Source: Alphaproteobacteria bacterium
GTDB taxonomy: Bacteria; Pseudomonadota; Alphaproteobacteria; JAAXGF01
NCBI GenBank assembly: GCA_963555825.3
Contig: CAUVXB020000002.1
Span: forward strand, 448,001-512,000
Direction of reading: 5' to 3'
DNA: 64,000 bases
The stretch's first letter is position 1, and the number at the start of each line of letters is the position of its first letter. The notes under the pieces were generated by a model. That model was given only the letters and a program-made list of their open reading frames with translations, was not told the origin of the DNA and did no database searches. Positions 10,249 through 23,081 of this stretch are shown in pieces. The position numbers and the translations under genes are program-made.

Positions 10249-10494
10249 GTGTCAGGTGAGGACATTGAACGCAGGCTTGCCGCCATCTTGTCTGCCGATG
10301 TGGTCGGCTGCAGCCGGCTCATGGGTAAGGACGAAGCCGGCACGCTCGCCGCGCCCATCGCGTTGCGTAAGGAGTTGTTCGCCACCACGGTTGCTGAGCG
10401 TCGCGGCCGCATCGTCAAGCTGATGGGCGATGGGACGGTCTTCGAACAACCCCTACCCCGATCCTTAACGATCCAATTCCGCCAGGGAGGCTAG
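10249..10494 (+). pseudogene. Truncated class III adenylate/guanylate cyclase N-terminal fragment
   Basis: ERRLAAILSADVVGCSRLMGKDEAGT..GRIVKLMGDG, after which similarity is lost. Confidence 0.75.
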
Positions 10495-11675
10495 TGTCCT
10501 GATCGATAAATTGATATGATTATGTCTCTATTTGTTTTTAGGAGGCGCGATTGATGGCGAGAGTGGCGGTGACGATCTCTTTGAGCGATGACGAGCGCGC
10601 CGAATTGGAGGCGCTGTCTCGTCGTCGCAAGACGTCGCAGGGGCTTGCGCGGCGGGCTCGGATCGTCTTGGCGGCGGCGGAAGGGTTGGAGAACAAGGAG
10701 ATCGCCGTTCGTCTCGAGGCGAGCGCGGACACCGTGGGCAAGTGGCGTCGCCGCTATGCGGCGGAGGGCCTCGACGGTCTGTACGACGAACCCCGCCCCG
10801 GCGCGCCGCGTCAAATCGGCGATGACGCCATCGCGGAAGCGGTCCGGCTGACGCTGGAAGAGACGCCGCCGGACGCGACCCATTGGAGCCTTCGCTCGAT
10901 GGCGCGGGCGAGCGGCCACGCGCCCTCGACCATTCATCGCATCTGGCGGGCCTTCGGCTTGCAGCCGCATCGCTCGGAGACCTTCAAGCTGTCGAGCGAT
11001 CCCTTCTTCGTGGAGAAGGTCCGCGACATCGTCGGTCTGTATTTGGCGCCGCCGGATCGTGCCCTGGTTCTCTGTGTCGACGAAAAGAGCCAGATCCAGG
11101 CCCTGGACCGTTCCCAGCCCCTCTTGCCGATGCGCCCCGGGCAGGCGGAGCGGCGCAGCCACGACTACAAGCGCCACGGCACGACCTCTCTCTTCGCGGC
11201 CCTCGACATCGCCACGGGAGAGATCATCGGCAAATGTTTCCCGCGCCATCGGGCCCGAGAGTTCCGCAAATTCCTCGACCTCGTCGAGGCGAACGTCCCT
11301 GCTGATCTCGACATCCACATCGTCATGGACAACTACGGGACCCACAAGACCAAGGCGATCCGCGACTGGTTCGCCAAACGGCCGCGCTGGCAGGCCCATT
11401 TCACACCCACCAGCGCCTCCTGGCTGAACCAGGTCGAGCGCTGGTTCGGGCTGCTGACCGACAAGCAGATCAGGCGCGGCGTCCATCGCTCCACCAAGGA
11501 GTTGGAGCGCACCATCCTCGACTACATCGACACGACAAACCAGAACCCCAAACCCTTCAAATGGACCAAATCCGCCGATGACATCCTCGGCGCCATCCAG
11601 CGCTTCTGCCTCCGAACAATCGAAATCGCTGAACAGCAGGCGAAAATCATGCGAACTTCGGAATCGGGACACTAG
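10491..11675 (+). mobile_element. IS630-family element (single ORF)
   Basis: Ends CTAGTGTCCTGAT.. / ..ATCGGGACACTAG, with CTAG at both ends. Confidence 0.9.
10551..11675 (+). CDS. IS630-family transposase
   Basis: [30 protein letters not shown] and [10 protein letters not shown] motifs. Confidence 0.95.
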   Translation: MMARVAVTISLSDDERAELEALSRRRKTSQGLARRARIVLAAAEGLENKEIAVRLEASADTVGKWRRRYAAEGLDGLYDEPRPGAPRQIGDDAIAEAVRLTLEETPPDATHWSLRSMARASGHAPSTIHRIWRAFGLQPHRSETFKLSSDPFFVEKVRDIVGLYLAPPDRALVLCVDEKSQIQALDRSQPLLPMRPGQAERRSHDYKRHGTTSLFAALDIATGEIIGKCFPRHRAREFRKFLDLVEANVPADLDIHIVMDNYGTHKTKAIRDWFAKRPRWQAHFTPTSASWLNQVERWFGLLTDKQIRRGVHRSTKELERTILDYIDTTNQNPKPFKWTKSADDILGAIQRFCLRTIEIAEQQAKIMRTSESGH

Positions 11676-12642
11676 ATATGACGAAGCTAAAGGACCTCGA
11701 GACGCTCTACAGGAAACGAGCGATCACCCGCCGCGACTTCATGGAAGGCGCCCTCGCCCTCGGTGTTTCGGTCACGACGGCGACCCAGCTGATGTCCAAA
11801 GCCGAGGCGGCGACGCCGAAGAAGGGCGGCACCTTCCGCCTTGGTCTCGTCGACCCGGCGACGTCGGACACGCTGGATCCCGCCACCTACATCTCGAACC
11901 ACACGCAGATCGGCATGAACTTCGGCGTCTTGAACAACCTGACCGAAGTCGCGACAAACGGCGAACTGATCCCCGAACTCGCGGAGAGTTTCGACGCCTC
12001 GGATGACGCCGCGACCTGGGTGTTCAAACTGCGCAAGGGCGTCGAATTCCACAACGGCAAATCGTTCGAGGCCGAGGACGTCATCGCTTCGGTCAATCAC
12101 CACCGCGGCGAAGACTCCAAGTCCGCCGCCAAGCCGCTGCTCTCGGAACTGGTCAACGTGCGCGCCGACGACAAGCACACGGTCGTCTTCGAACTGGCGG
12201 GCGGCAACGCCGACTTTCCGTTCATCATGAATGACTATCACATTCCGATCATGCCGGCGAAGGACGGCAAGCTCGATTGGCAGGACGGTACCGGGACCGG
12301 CGGCTACATCCTGACCGGCTTCGATCCCGGGGTCAGGATGACGATGAAGCGCAACCCCAACTACTGGAACGAGGGCCGCGCGCACTTCGACGAATGCGTT
12401 CTATTGGCGGTTGCCGACGTGGCGGCCAGACAGAACGCACTCATAACCGGCGACATCGACGCGATGAACCGTGTCGATCGCAAGACCGCGAAACTGCTGG
12501 CCAAGCGCCCCGGGATCACCGTCGAGGAAGTCACCGGAACGCAGCACTACACGATCCCGATGAACACCACGGTGGCGCCGTTCGACAACAACGACGTGCG
12601 ACTGGCTCTGAAGCTGGCGATCGATCGCGAAGCGTTGGTTAG

Positions 12643-14112
12643 CAGCCCGTTGACGAAGTCTTCCCTGGACGAAGTCGGCATGGTCTGATTCTCTGGTGTC
12701 CTGGCCTGAAGGGGGGTTCGCTGATGGCGATGGGACAGCAGAAGGATCGTCAGGGGGACTTGATGGTGAGCTGGTCGGAGATGCCGCGCTCGCCAGGTCA
12801 TGTATTTTACGACCGCCTGCAGTTGGTACTGATCGAGGGCGGCTTCGACGGCTTCGCCGAGGCGGTCTGCCAGCCCTATTACGCGGCCAGGATGGGGGCG
12901 CCTTCGGTGCCACCCGGGCGCTACTTCCGTATGCACCTGGTGGGCTACTTCGAGGGTATCGACTCTGAGCGTGGGCTGGAGTGGCGGTGCTCGGATTCCC
13001 TGTCGCTACGGGAGTTCCTGCTGTTGGAGAGGCGGGAACGGGTGCCGGACCATTCCTGGCTGTCACGGACCCGCGCGCGCCTGCCCCATGAAGTCCACAC
13101 GGCGGTGTTTGACTGGGTCCTGGCGCTGATCGCCGAGGCGGGTCTGGTGAAGGGCGAGCGCATCGGGGTGGATGCCTCGACCATGGAGGCCAACGCGGCG
13201 CTGCGCAACATCGTGCGGAGGGACACGGGCGAGGGTTACCGGGGGATGCTGGAGCGCTTGGCCCAGGAGAGCGGTATCGAGACACCCACGGCTGAGGACC
13301 TGGCGCGTCTGGACCGCAAGCGCAAGGGCAAGAAGCTCTCGAACCAGGACTGGGTTTCCAGGAGCGACCCCGAGGCCAAGATCGCCAAGATGAAGGACGG
13401 CACCACGCACCTGGCCTACAAGCCCGAGCACGCGGTGGATCTGGACACCGGCGCGGTGGTGGCGGCGGAGCTGCACCCGGCCGACGAGGGCGATACGACA
13501 ACGCTTCCCAAGACCCTGGCGGCGGCCGAGGCAAACCTCGAGGCGGTGGATGTGGCGCCGACGGCCGAAGATCCGGCCGAATGTGTGACCGATAAGGGCT
13601 ACCACTCACGGTTGGTCTTGAAGGCGCTCGACGACGGCCCCTGGAAGAGCCGGATCTCCGAGCCCAAGCAGAAGGGTTTTGCGCGCTGGCACGGAGATGA
13701 TGCGGCTCGCCGGGCGGTCACCAACAACCGGACCCGGCTGTTATCGGGGGTGGCCAGGGAAGCCTTCAAGCTGCGCGCCGAGATCGTCGAGCGCTCCTTT
13801 GCCCACAACCTCGATCGCGGCGGTATGCGCCGGACCTGGCTTCGGGGCCGCGAGAACGTGCACAAGCGATACCTGCTTCACGTCGCCGGCCACAACCTAT
13901 CGTTGCTGATGCGCCAACTCATCGGCGCCGGCACCCCGAAGGAGGCCGTGGCGGGCGGAATTGGCGCCTTGTTCGTGCTTGTTACGCCCGCTGGAGCCGT
14001 CCTGGTCGTTCAGATCGTCCTCATCGTCTCGGAGGATGGCGAAACCGCCTTCGCCGCGATATGCTTCGCCGTGGCGTGAAACCCGGTCAATGACGCCTTT
14101 TTCAACGGGCTG
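12643..14112 (+). mobile_element. IS1182/IS5-like element
   Basis: IRs CAGCCCGTTGA / TCAACGGGCTG; 4-bp target duplication TTAG (12639-12642, 14113-14116). Confidence 0.9.
12724..14079 (+). CDS. DDE transposase (IS1182/IS5-like)
   Basis: PDHSWLSR, GVDASTMEANA, DKGYHS and VERSFAH motifs. Confidence 0.9.
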   Translation: MAMGQQKDRQGDLMVSWSEMPRSPGHVFYDRLQLVLIEGGFDGFAEAVCQPYYAARMGAPSVPPGRYFRMHLVGYFEGIDSERGLEWRCSDSLSLREFLLLERRERVPDHSWLSRTRARLPHEVHTAVFDWVLALIAEAGLVKGERIGVDASTMEANAALRNIVRRDTGEGYRGMLERLAQESGIETPTAEDLARLDRKRKGKKLSNQDWVSRSDPEAKIAKMKDGTTHLAYKPEHAVDLDTGAVVAAELHPADEGDTTTLPKTLAAAEANLEAVDVAPTAEDPAECVTDKGYHSRLVLKALDDGPWKSRISEPKQKGFARWHGDDAARRAVTNNRTRLLSGVAREAFKLRAEIVERSFAHNLDRGGMRRTWLRGRENVHKRYLLHVAGHNLSLLMRQLIGAGTPKEAVAGGIGALFVLVTPAGAVLVVQIVLIVSEDGETAFAAICFAVA

Positions 14113-14829
14113 TTAGGACCATACTTCGCGGCCACGGTCTGGTCGCCAACGACCATCCAATCGCACCGCCGAACCGGTACTACGCGGGCGATCTCGAGCA
14201 ACGTGCCTACGATCCGGACAAGGCCAAGTGGCATCTGAAAGAGTCCGGCATGGATTCACTCAAGGTGAAGCTATCGGCCGCCAATACGGCCTTCGAAGGC
14301 GCCATCGACACCGCCGTCCTCTACAAAGAACACGCCGCCAAGGCGGGCATCGATATCGAAGTCGTGCGCGAGCCCAACGATGGCTACTGGAGCAGTGTCT
14401 GGATGAAGAAGCCGTGGTCGATGAGCTATTGGGGCGGGCGCCCCACCGAGGACTGGATGTTCTCGATCGGCTACGCGGCGGGCGGCCCATGGAACGAGTC
14501 CTTCTGGGGCAACGACCGCTTCATGGAGCTGCTGCTCGCCGCCCGCGCCGAACTCAACGACGACAAGCGGCGGGCCATGTACTACGAGATGCAGTAGCTC
14601 GTTCGCGATGACGGCGGGTCGGTCATTCCGATGTACGCCAACTACATCGACGCCCGCTCCGACAAGGTTGCGCACGCGCCCGAGGTGGCGTCGAATTGGG
14701 AACTCGACGGCTGGAAGCTTCTCGAGCGTTGGTGGTTTGCCTGATCCGGTCGTCCCGCTCGTGAAGGGGGCGGACCCGTTGGTCACCGCATTGCGGTCGC
14801 CCGGGGCGCGCATGTAGGCGGGCCGGAAC

Positions 14830-15632
14830 ATGACGGAAGCGTCGGAACATCGGCCGGCGCCGCGCGACGGCGGCGGCCGTCGCGCGGCGGTCGTCGAGTT
14901 GCCGGATTGCGCGCTCGCCTACCTGCAGGAGGGCGCGGGGCCGGATATTGTCTGGATTCCCGGGGCGTCGGGCGAACCGTATCGAAGGTCGTGCCACCGT
15001 GGCCGATCTCCGTTCATGCCGCGGACTGTGCCGCGCTAATCCGCCAAGTCTGTGATCCGCCGGTCATCTTGACGGGCCTCTCCATGGGCTCGTTGATCGT
15101 CCAGGAGATGGCCGTCACCTATCCCGAGTTGGTGAGAATCGCCATCCCCATGGGGACCAGCGGGCGCAAGAGCGGCTTCTTCCGCGAATGGGAGGAGGCC
15201 GAGATCGCCTTCGCCGCGGCCGGCCATAGCTTGCCCGCGGATTTTTCTGTCGCACACTATGCGGCGCTTACCTATCCATCAGAGGTGCTCGGTGACGATG
15301 CCCTGTGGCGGCGGTGCAAGCCCTACGTATCCGGCGCCTATGAGTCGAGGGACCCGAAAATGCTCGCCGCACAATGGCAAGCCTGCGTCGAATACGATGC
15401 CCTCGATCGCTTGCCACACTGCGAGGTCCCGATCCACGTCGTGGCATTCTCGCAGGACCTGCAAACGCCGCCATCGCGCGGCCGGGTCGTGGCCGAGGCC
15501 GCCAAGCACGGCAATTTCCATCTGCTCGAAGGCCTCGGTCACTTCTCTCTCTTCGGTCACAAGCCGGATGTGGTCAATGCCTGCATACGTGGGATCATCG
15601 ACAGCTACGATCGTGGCTCTTCGGGAAACTGA
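14830..15632 (+). pseudogene. Alpha/beta hydrolase with frameshift/deletion near 14965-14995
   Basis: N-terminus ..AYLQEGAGPDIVWIPG in one frame; GLSMG nucleophile and catalytic His (GLGH) in another. Confidence 0.65.
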
Positions 15633-15776
15633 ATCTGACTTCCGCTTCGGATCAGACTCGGACGTTCGGGACGGCTGCCTGTTGCGTTTGCTCCTGGGGG
15701 TAAAGCAAACGAATTGCGGCGAAAGGCGGACGTTCGGGGCGCCGGTCGCGGCCGCTTGCGGACCGGGACGCTACGC

Positions 15777-16109
15777 CTAAACCGCCTTCTCGAACCAGCG
15801 TTCGCCGGCTTCGCCGTGCTCGTCGATCGAGTGCTTGTAGCGTTCGACCTGGTCGGGCGTCGATGGCGTCTGGTGCGCCGCCTTCCAGTCGCCGTAGGGC
15901 ATGCCGTAGACGATCTCGCGCGCCGCGTCGTAGCCGAGCCTGACGCCGCGTTCGGCGGCCGCCGCGTCGTACCATTTCGCCAGGCAGTTGCGGCAGAAGC
16001 CGGCGAGCGTCATGAGGTCGATGTTCTGCACGTCGGAGCGTTCGCGGAAATGGTGCACCAAGCGGCGGAACGCCGCGGCCTCGACCTCTGTGCGCGTCTT
16101 TTCGTCCAT
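15777..16109 (-). CDS. DUF1244-family protein
   Basis: EAAAFRRLV..RSDVQNIDLM.LAGFCRNCL..YGMPY. Confidence 0.9.
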   Translation of the reverse strand: MDEKTRTEVEAAAFRRLVHHFRERSDVQNIDLMTLAGFCRNCLAKWYDAAAAERGVRLGYDAAREIVYGMPYGDWKAAHQTPSTPDQVERYKHSIDEHGEAGERWFEKAV

Positions 16110-16147
16110 GGCAATTCCTCGATTGCGGTGTCGGGCGTCAGTTTACC

Positions 16148-17293
16148 TCAGCCGGTGTCGAGGCCGTTAACGGTATCGACGATCAAGTGGTCGACCACCG
16201 CGCGCAGCGCCTCTTGCGCGTCGGCGCCGGCATCGCGCGCGGCGCGAAAGACGTCGAGCTGGCGGTCGGCGCTGGTGCCGCGCGCGGCGATCTCGCGGGC
16301 GTGCTCGAGCTCGGCGACGCAGTCGAGCCGCTCGGCGTCCTCGCGCACCAGGTCGATCAACTCGTCGACCAGGCCGGCGAAATCGACCAGTTCGCCCTTG
16401 CCGAAATCGACCAGCGAGCCCTCGACGCCGTAGCGCTGGGCGCGCCAACGGTTCTCGTCGACCAGAATTCGCGGATAGATGCGCCAGCGCTGGTTGTTGC
16501 AGCGCAGGCGGTAGAGCATGCTGAGTATGCATTGCGTCATCGCCGCAACGGTGACCGCGTCGTCGAGACGCGTGCAGACGTCGGCGATGCGCATCTCGAG
16601 CGTCGGATAGCGCGCGCTCGGGCGCATGTCCCACCACAGCTTGGTGGCGTCCTCGATCAGCCCGGCGGCGACCATCTGGCCGACCATCCGCTCGTACTCG
16701 GCGTAGCTCTCGTAACGGTCGGGCAGGCCGGTCCGCGGCAGGGCGTCGAACACGGTCAAGCGGTACGACTTCAGCCCGGTGTCCTCACCGCCCCAGAACG
16801 GCGACGAGGTCGAGAGCGTCAGGAGATGCGGCAGAAAATAGACCATCTGGTTCAGCAAGTCGATGCGCAGGTCGTCGTCGGCGATACCGACGTGGACGTG
16901 CATGCCGCAGATGAGCAGGCGCCGCGCGACGCCCTGCAGGTCACGCGCAATGACCTCGTAGCGCTCCTTCGCGACGTGCTGCTGGTCCTGCCAGCGGGCG
17001 AACGGGTGCGTCGAGGCGGCGATCGGCGCCAGACCGTGATGCGCCGCGGCCTGGGCGACCATGGCGCGCAAGTGAGCGAGATCCGCGCGCGCTTCGCGCA
17101 CGGTCTCGAACGGTCGCGTGCCGACTTCGACCTGGGCGCGCATCAGCTCGGGGCTGACCTGACCCTCGAGCAGCGTCTCGCATTCGGCCATCAGCGAGGC
17201 TGGCGGATCGGACGCCAAGTCGCCGGTCTCGCGGTCGACGAGCAGATACTCCTCCTCGATGCCAACGGTGAAGGCCGGCGCCTCGATCGCCAT
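16148..17293 (-). CDS. Carboxylate-amine ligase (GCS2/YbdK family)
   Basis: [31 protein letters not shown] and [10 protein letters not shown]. Confidence 0.9.
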   Translation of the reverse strand: MAIEAPAFTVGIEEEYLLVDRETGDLASDPPASLMAECETLLEGQVSPELMRAQVEVGTRPFETVREARADLAHLRAMVAQAAAHHGLAPIAASTHPFARWQDQQHVAKERYEVIARDLQGVARRLLICGMHVHVGIADDDLRIDLLNQMVYFLPHLLTLSTSSPFWGGEDTGLKSYRLTVFDALPRTGLPDRYESYAEYERMVGQMVAAGLIEDATKLWWDMRPSARYPTLEMRIADVCTRLDDAVTVAAMTQCILSMLYRLRCNNQRWRIYPRILVDENRWRAQRYGVEGSLVDFGKGELVDFAGLVDELIDLVREDAERLDCVAELEHAREIAARGTSADRQLDVFRAARDAGADAQEALRAVVDHLIVDTVNGLDTG

Positions 17294-17294
17294 G

Positions 17295-18125
17295 TCACCC
17301 CTCGGCGGCGCGGTAGATGGCGGGGTCGGCGAGTGGCACGGCGAACGCCGCCGCCATGATGTTGGCCCAGGCCTCGGCGCCGTGATGCGTGTCGATCAGG
17401 TCCTGGCGGATATCAATGGTGACATGCGGCCGATCGGCCGGCAGCGCGTGCGCGGGGATCGAATAGGGCATCGGCGCGCGGCCCGAGTAGGGCTCGTTGT
17501 CGCCGACCGAGATCGACGGGTCGGCGGCCAGCGCCGCGATGACCGGCAGCGGCATGCGGCCGTCGGCGATCCACAGAACACCGACATGCCAGGGCCGCTC
17601 GTAGCCGTCCATCACCGGGGTGAAGCTGTGCATCGAGATCACCGCGGCGGGGCCGCCGTGGTGCGCCTCGACGCGCGCGATCGTCTCGTCGACGGCCTCG
17701 TGGTAGGGCGTGAAGCAGGCCGCCTGGCGCGCCGCCCTTTCGGCCTCGCCGAGCGCCTGATTGCCCGGCACCGCGACGCCGTCGCTGACGCGCGGAATCG
17801 AGCCGGCCTCATCGAGCAGCCGGTTGCAGTCGATCACCAGCCGCGAATAGCCGGCCAGCACGGCGGGCGCGTCGAGCAGCGCGGCCAGCCGCCGTGTGAC
17901 GTCGGCGGCGCCGATGTCCCAGCCGATGTGCCGCCTGATGACGGCGCCATCGAGGCCGAGGCCATCGAGCGCCGCCGGCACTTGGCAGCTCGCGTGATCG
18001 CAGAACAGGACGACGCGCGCCCGGCCGTCCGCGTTGACGATCTCGAAGGGCGGCGGATCGTCGGCGCCGAGCAGCGGCGCGCGCGGCGTTTCGAGCTGGA
18101 CGACGTCGGCGGTCATGGCCGCCAC
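17295..18125 (-). CDS. N-formylglutamate amidohydrolase-family protein
   Basis: [27 protein letters not shown] and GDNEPY. Confidence 0.9.
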   Translation of the reverse strand: MAAMTADVVQLETPRAPLLGADDPPPFEIVNADGRARVVLFCDHASCQVPAALDGLGLDGAVIRRHIGWDIGAADVTRRLAALLDAPAVLAGYSRLVIDCNRLLDEAGSIPRVSDGVAVPGNQALGEAERAARQAACFTPYHEAVDETIARVEAHHGGPAAVISMHSFTPVMDGYERPWHVGVLWIADGRMPLPVIAALAADPSISVGDNEPYSGRAPMPYSIPAHALPADRPHVTIDIRQDLIDTHHGAEAWANIMAAAFAVPLADPAIYRAAEG

Positions 18126-18215
18126 TATAGCGCAAACGGCGGTCAGCGCGAGGCGTTCGAAGCGCCGATCGGCACGGCTTGTACGCCGCCCGCGCCGCCC
18201 CTACAATCCGCCCGC

Positions 18216-19481
18216 ATGTCCAGCCCGACGACCACCCCCCGCGCGCTTCTGCGCGCCTTGTTCGACACCGCCGTCGCGGCCGTCGACCCGGCGCATTGCG
18301 TGCCGCCCGGCCTGCCCGAGCCGCCCGCCGGGCGCACCGTCGTGGTCGGCGCCGGCAAGGCGGCGGCGGCGATGGCGCGCGCGGTCGAGGATCATTGGTC
18401 CGGGCCGCTCTCCGGCCTCGTCGTCACGCGCTACGGCCACGCCGTCGCGACCGAAGCGATCGAGGTGGTCGAGGCCGCCCACCCGGTGCCTGACGCCGCC
18501 AGCCGCGCCGCCGCCGGGCGCATCCTGGACGCGGTGCGGGACCTTGGCGCCGACGACCTCGCGCTGTGTCTGATCTCGGGCGGCGGCTCGGCGCTGCTGG
18601 CGCTGCCGGCCGAGGGCGTCGCGCTCGCCGACAAGCAGGCGCTCAACCGCGCGCTTTTGCGCGCCGGCGTGACGATCGGCGAGATCAACTGCGTGCGCAA
18701 GCACCTTTCCGGCATCAAGGGCGGCCGGCTGGCCGCCGCCGCGGCGCCGGCGCGCGTCGTCGCATTGCTGATCTCGGACGTGCCGGGCGACGACCCGTCG
18801 GTCATCGCCTCGGGCCCGACGGTGGCCGATCCGTCATGCTTCGCCGACGCCCTCGCGGTGCTCGACCGATACGCCATCGAGACGCCGCTGCGCGGCTTTC
18901 TCGAGGCGGCCGATGACGAGACGCCCAAACCGGGCGACCCCCGTTTGGCGCGCGCCGAGACCCGGCTGATCGCGCGCCCCTCCGACGCGCTCGACGCCGC
19001 CGTGGCCGCCGCGCGGGCCGCCGGTTACACGCCGCACGTCCTGGGCGACAGCCTCGAGGGCGAAGCGCGCGAGGCCGCCACCAAGCACGCCGAACTCGCC
19101 CGCCAGGCAGTCGCCCGCGGCCGAACGGCCGCGATCATCTCGGGCGGCGAATTTACCGTGACCATCAAGGGCGCCGGGCGCGGCGGGCCGAACGCCGAAT
19201 ACGCGCTGGCGCTGGCGCTCGCGCTCGATGGTCTGGCGGGCGTCCACGCCATCGCCTGCGACACCGACGGCATCGACGGCAGCGAGGACAATGCCGGCGC
19301 CGTGATCGGCCCCGAGACGCTGACGCGCGCCGCCGCGCTCGGCGTCGACGCCGCGGCGCGGCTCGCCGACAACGACTCCTACGGTTTCTTCGCCGCGCTC
19401 GGCGACCTGGTCGTCTCGGGCCCGACGCTGACCAACGTCAACGACTTCCGCTGCATCCTGATATCCCCTGGCACGGCCTAG
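18216..19481 (+). CDS. Glycerate kinase (MOFRL/TtuD type)
   Basis: GAGKAA, LISGGGSAL, RKHLSGIKGG, DTDGIDG and GPTLTNVND. Confidence 0.92.
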   Translation: MSSPTTTPRALLRALFDTAVAAVDPAHCVPPGLPEPPAGRTVVVGAGKAAAAMARAVEDHWSGPLSGLVVTRYGHAVATEAIEVVEAAHPVPDAASRAAAGRILDAVRDLGADDLALCLISGGGSALLALPAEGVALADKQALNRALLRAGVTIGEINCVRKHLSGIKGGRLAAAAAPARVVALLISDVPGDDPSVIASGPTVADPSCFADALAVLDRYAIETPLRGFLEAADDETPKPGDPRLARAETRLIARPSDALDAAVAAARAAGYTPHVLGDSLEGEAREAATKHAELARQAVARGRTAAIISGGEFTVTIKGAGRGGPNAEYALALALALDGLAGVHAIACDTDGIDGSEDNAGAVIGPETLTRAAALGVDAAARLADNDSYGFFAALGDLVVSGPTLTNVNDFRCILISPGTA

Positions 19482-19516
19482 GCCGGCGCGCTAAGCTGGC
19501 GCGGGGATAGGAAAAA

Positions 19517-20947
<1,431 letters not shown>

Positions 20948-21057
20948 CGGACGACGCGAGGATCGTCCGCGCCGATGCTCCGCCTGGCACCCGGTGTCGC
21001 CATCGCGCACAGCATTCACGAACTAAAGCGCGGCTGAGCTGCATAGAAGATTGAAAA

Positions 21058-21115
21058 GGTGTCAGACACCATTATAGTTACGTACAATTGATATGTTAAA
21101 AAGGAGTCTGACCCC
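21058..21115. repeat. Inverted pair of GGTGTCAGACACC-type palindromes with AT-rich spacer (REP/REPIN-like)
   Basis: GGTGTCAGACACC at 21058-21070 and GGAGTCTGACCCC at 21103-21115. Confidence 0.7.
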
Positions 21116-21159
21116 TTAATAAATATATTGCTGAGGGCCATCATCGGCCGAAAAAAGAG

Positions 21160-21714
21160 CTAAATCGCCTCGCCCTTGAGCTTTTCGCGCAGCAGCTCGA
21201 TGCGTCTCTCGATCATCGGCATGTTGGGATTGACCTCGAACGCGCGTTCGAACCATTGCAGCGCGCGCGCGTCGTCCTCGAGCGCGGTGTAGATCAGCCC
21301 CATGCCCAACAGCGCGCCGAAATGGCGCGGTTCGAGGCGCAGCGTCGCCTCGACGTCGCGCACCGACGCCGGATACTCCTCGATCAGGTAATAGAGCGTG
21401 GCGCGCTTGTTCCAGCCCTCGGCGAAGTCGGGCGCCGCCTCGATGATCGCGTCGAAGCTTTCGAGCGCGGTGTCGAACTGGCCGTTGCCCATGGCGGCGA
21501 TGCCGAGCGTCATCAGCTCATCGATCGTCGCGCTGCCCGATTCGGTCCAGATGCGCCAGATCGTGCCCTCGATGCGGCGCGACGCCGCGAGGTCGTCGGC
21601 GGCGAGCAGCTGCTCGAACAGGGCGTCGAGGCGGGGGTCGTCCTGGCGCGCCTCGGCCGGCGCACCGACGACAAACGCCCAAAGGACAACGATGACGAGA
21701 ATCCGGCGCATCAT
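21160..21714 (-). CDS. Tetratricopeptide-repeat protein, probably exported
   Basis: Signal peptide; PDFAEGWNKRAT..LEPRHFGAL.G.G. Confidence 0.85.
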   Translation of the reverse strand: MMRRILVIVVLWAFVVGAPAEARQDDPRLDALFEQLLAADDLAASRRIEGTIWRIWTESGSATIDELMTLGIAAMGNGQFDTALESFDAIIEAAPDFAEGWNKRATLYYLIEEYPASVRDVEATLRLEPRHFGALLGMGLIYTALEDDARALQWFERAFEVNPNMPMIERRIELLREKLKGEAI

Positions 21715-21755
21715 GACGAAGGAATATAGCGCCCGATCCCGCCCCGGACCAGACC

Positions 21756-23063
21756 CTAGGGTATCAATTCTTCGGGACCCAGCGCTCGGGGCCGCGGACC
21801 GCCGGTCGCCCAGTCGACCAACTCGACCGGGTGGACGACCGGCATCCGCGCCGCGCCGGCGAGCTGGGTGATGCAGCCGATATTGCCGGCGGCGACGACC
21901 GAGGCGCCGGTCGCCTGGAGGTTGGCGACCTTGCGCTCGCGCAGGCCCTGGGCGAGCGCCGGCTGCATCAGGTTGTAGGTGCCCGCCGAGCCGCAGCAGA
22001 GATGGCCCTCGGCGACCTCGCGCAGATCGAAGCCGGCGGCCCGGAGCACCTGCCTGGGCTCGGCGGTGACGCGCTGGCCGTGCCGCAGCGAGCAGGCGTC
22101 GTGGTAGGCGACGACCGGCCGGGGCGCATCACTCGCCCGGGTTGCGATGTCGAGGCCGGCGAGTACCTCGCTGACGTCCTTGGCGAGCGCCGAGACAGCC
22201 GCGGCACGCTCGGCCCACGCCGCGTCGCCGCGCAGCATATGGCCATAGTCCTTGACCGTGGTGCCGCAGCCCGAGGCGTTGATGACGATGGCGTCGAGCC
22301 CGGCGCCGTCGATCTCGGCGCACCAGGCGGCGATGTTGGCCTTGGCGGCGTCGTGCGCTGCTTCGGTGCGGCCCATGTGGTGGACCAGCGCGCCGCAGCA
22401 GCCGATGCCTCGCGCCACCACCACCTCGCAGCCCAGGCGGGTCAGTACGCGCACCGTCGCCTCGTTGATCTCGGGCGCCAGCACCTGCTGGGCGCAGCCC
22501 GAGAGCAGCGCGACGCGTTTCCGCCGCGCGCCGGCCGCCGGGAAGACCTGCGGCGTATCGACGGGCGAGGCGCCCGGAATGCGCCCCGGCGCGAGCCCCG
22601 CCATGGCGCCGAGCCGGCCCGGCAGCAACCGTGCGAAGGGCTTGAGCACCAGCGCGCCGATCAGTGCGAAGCGGAACAGGCGAGGGCTCGGCAGCACCCG
22701 GGCGAACACGTCGCGCAGGCGCCGGTCGAGCCACGGCCGCCGGTAGGTCTTCTCGATATAGCCGCGCGCGTGATCGACGAGGTGCATGTAGTCGACGCCC
22801 GACGGGCAGGTCGTCACGCAGGCCAGGCAGGAGAGGCAGCGGTCGATATGTGTCACCACCTTCTTCGACGCCGGCCGGCCGTCCTCGAGCATGTCCTTGA
22901 TGAGATAAATACGCCCGCGCGGGCTGTCGAGCTCGTCGCCGAGCAGCACATAGGTCGGACAGGTCGCCGTGCAGAACCCGCAATGCACGCATTTGCGCAG
23001 GATTCCGTCGGCCTCCGCGATGTCCGGATCGGCGAGCTGGGCGAGCGAGAAGTTGGTCTGCAT
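21756..23063 (-). CDS. glcF: Glycolate oxidase iron-sulfur subunit
   Basis: MQTNF, CVHCGFCTATCP, CLSCLACVTTCP, CCG domains. Confidence 0.95.
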   Translation of the reverse strand: MQTNFSLAQLADPDIAEADGILRKCVHCGFCTATCPTYVLLGDELDSPRGRIYLIKDMLEDGRPASKKVVTHIDRCLSCLACVTTCPSGVDYMHLVDHARGYIEKTYRRPWLDRRLRDVFARVLPSPRLFRFALIGALVLKPFARLLPGRLGAMAGLAPGRIPGASPVDTPQVFPAAGARRKRVALLSGCAQQVLAPEINEATVRVLTRLGCEVVVARGIGCCGALVHHMGRTEAAHDAAKANIAAWCAEIDGAGLDAIVINASGCGTTVKDYGHMLRGDAAWAERAAAVSALAKDVSEVLAGLDIATRASDAPRPVVAYHDACSLRHGQRVTAEPRQVLRAAGFDLREVAEGHLCCGSAGTYNLMQPALAQGLRERKVANLQATGASVVAAGNIGCITQLAGAARMPVVHPVELVDWATGGPRPRALGPEELIP

Positions 23064-23081
23064 GGCTATTCAAGCCGATCG

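Larger units (their letters stand above)
11678..14744 (+). pseudogene. Family 5 (peptide/nickel) ABC substrate-binding protein, interrupted by an IS and a nonsense codon
   Basis: Tat motif TRRDF; reads EALV|RTILRGHG once the IS at 12643-14112 is removed; in-frame TAG at 14595-14597, frame continues to ERWWFA-TGA at 14744. Confidence 0.85.

Noticed and set aside
14595-14597. In-frame TAG as pyrrolysine or programmed readthrough
   Set aside because: The gene is already broken by two IS insertions; a simple nonsense mutation is more likely and no pyl genes are visible.
17259-18215. 740-aa ORF as an extended glycerate kinase
   Set aside because: The extension is antisense to the amidohydrolase gene; similarity to the family starts at ATG 18216.
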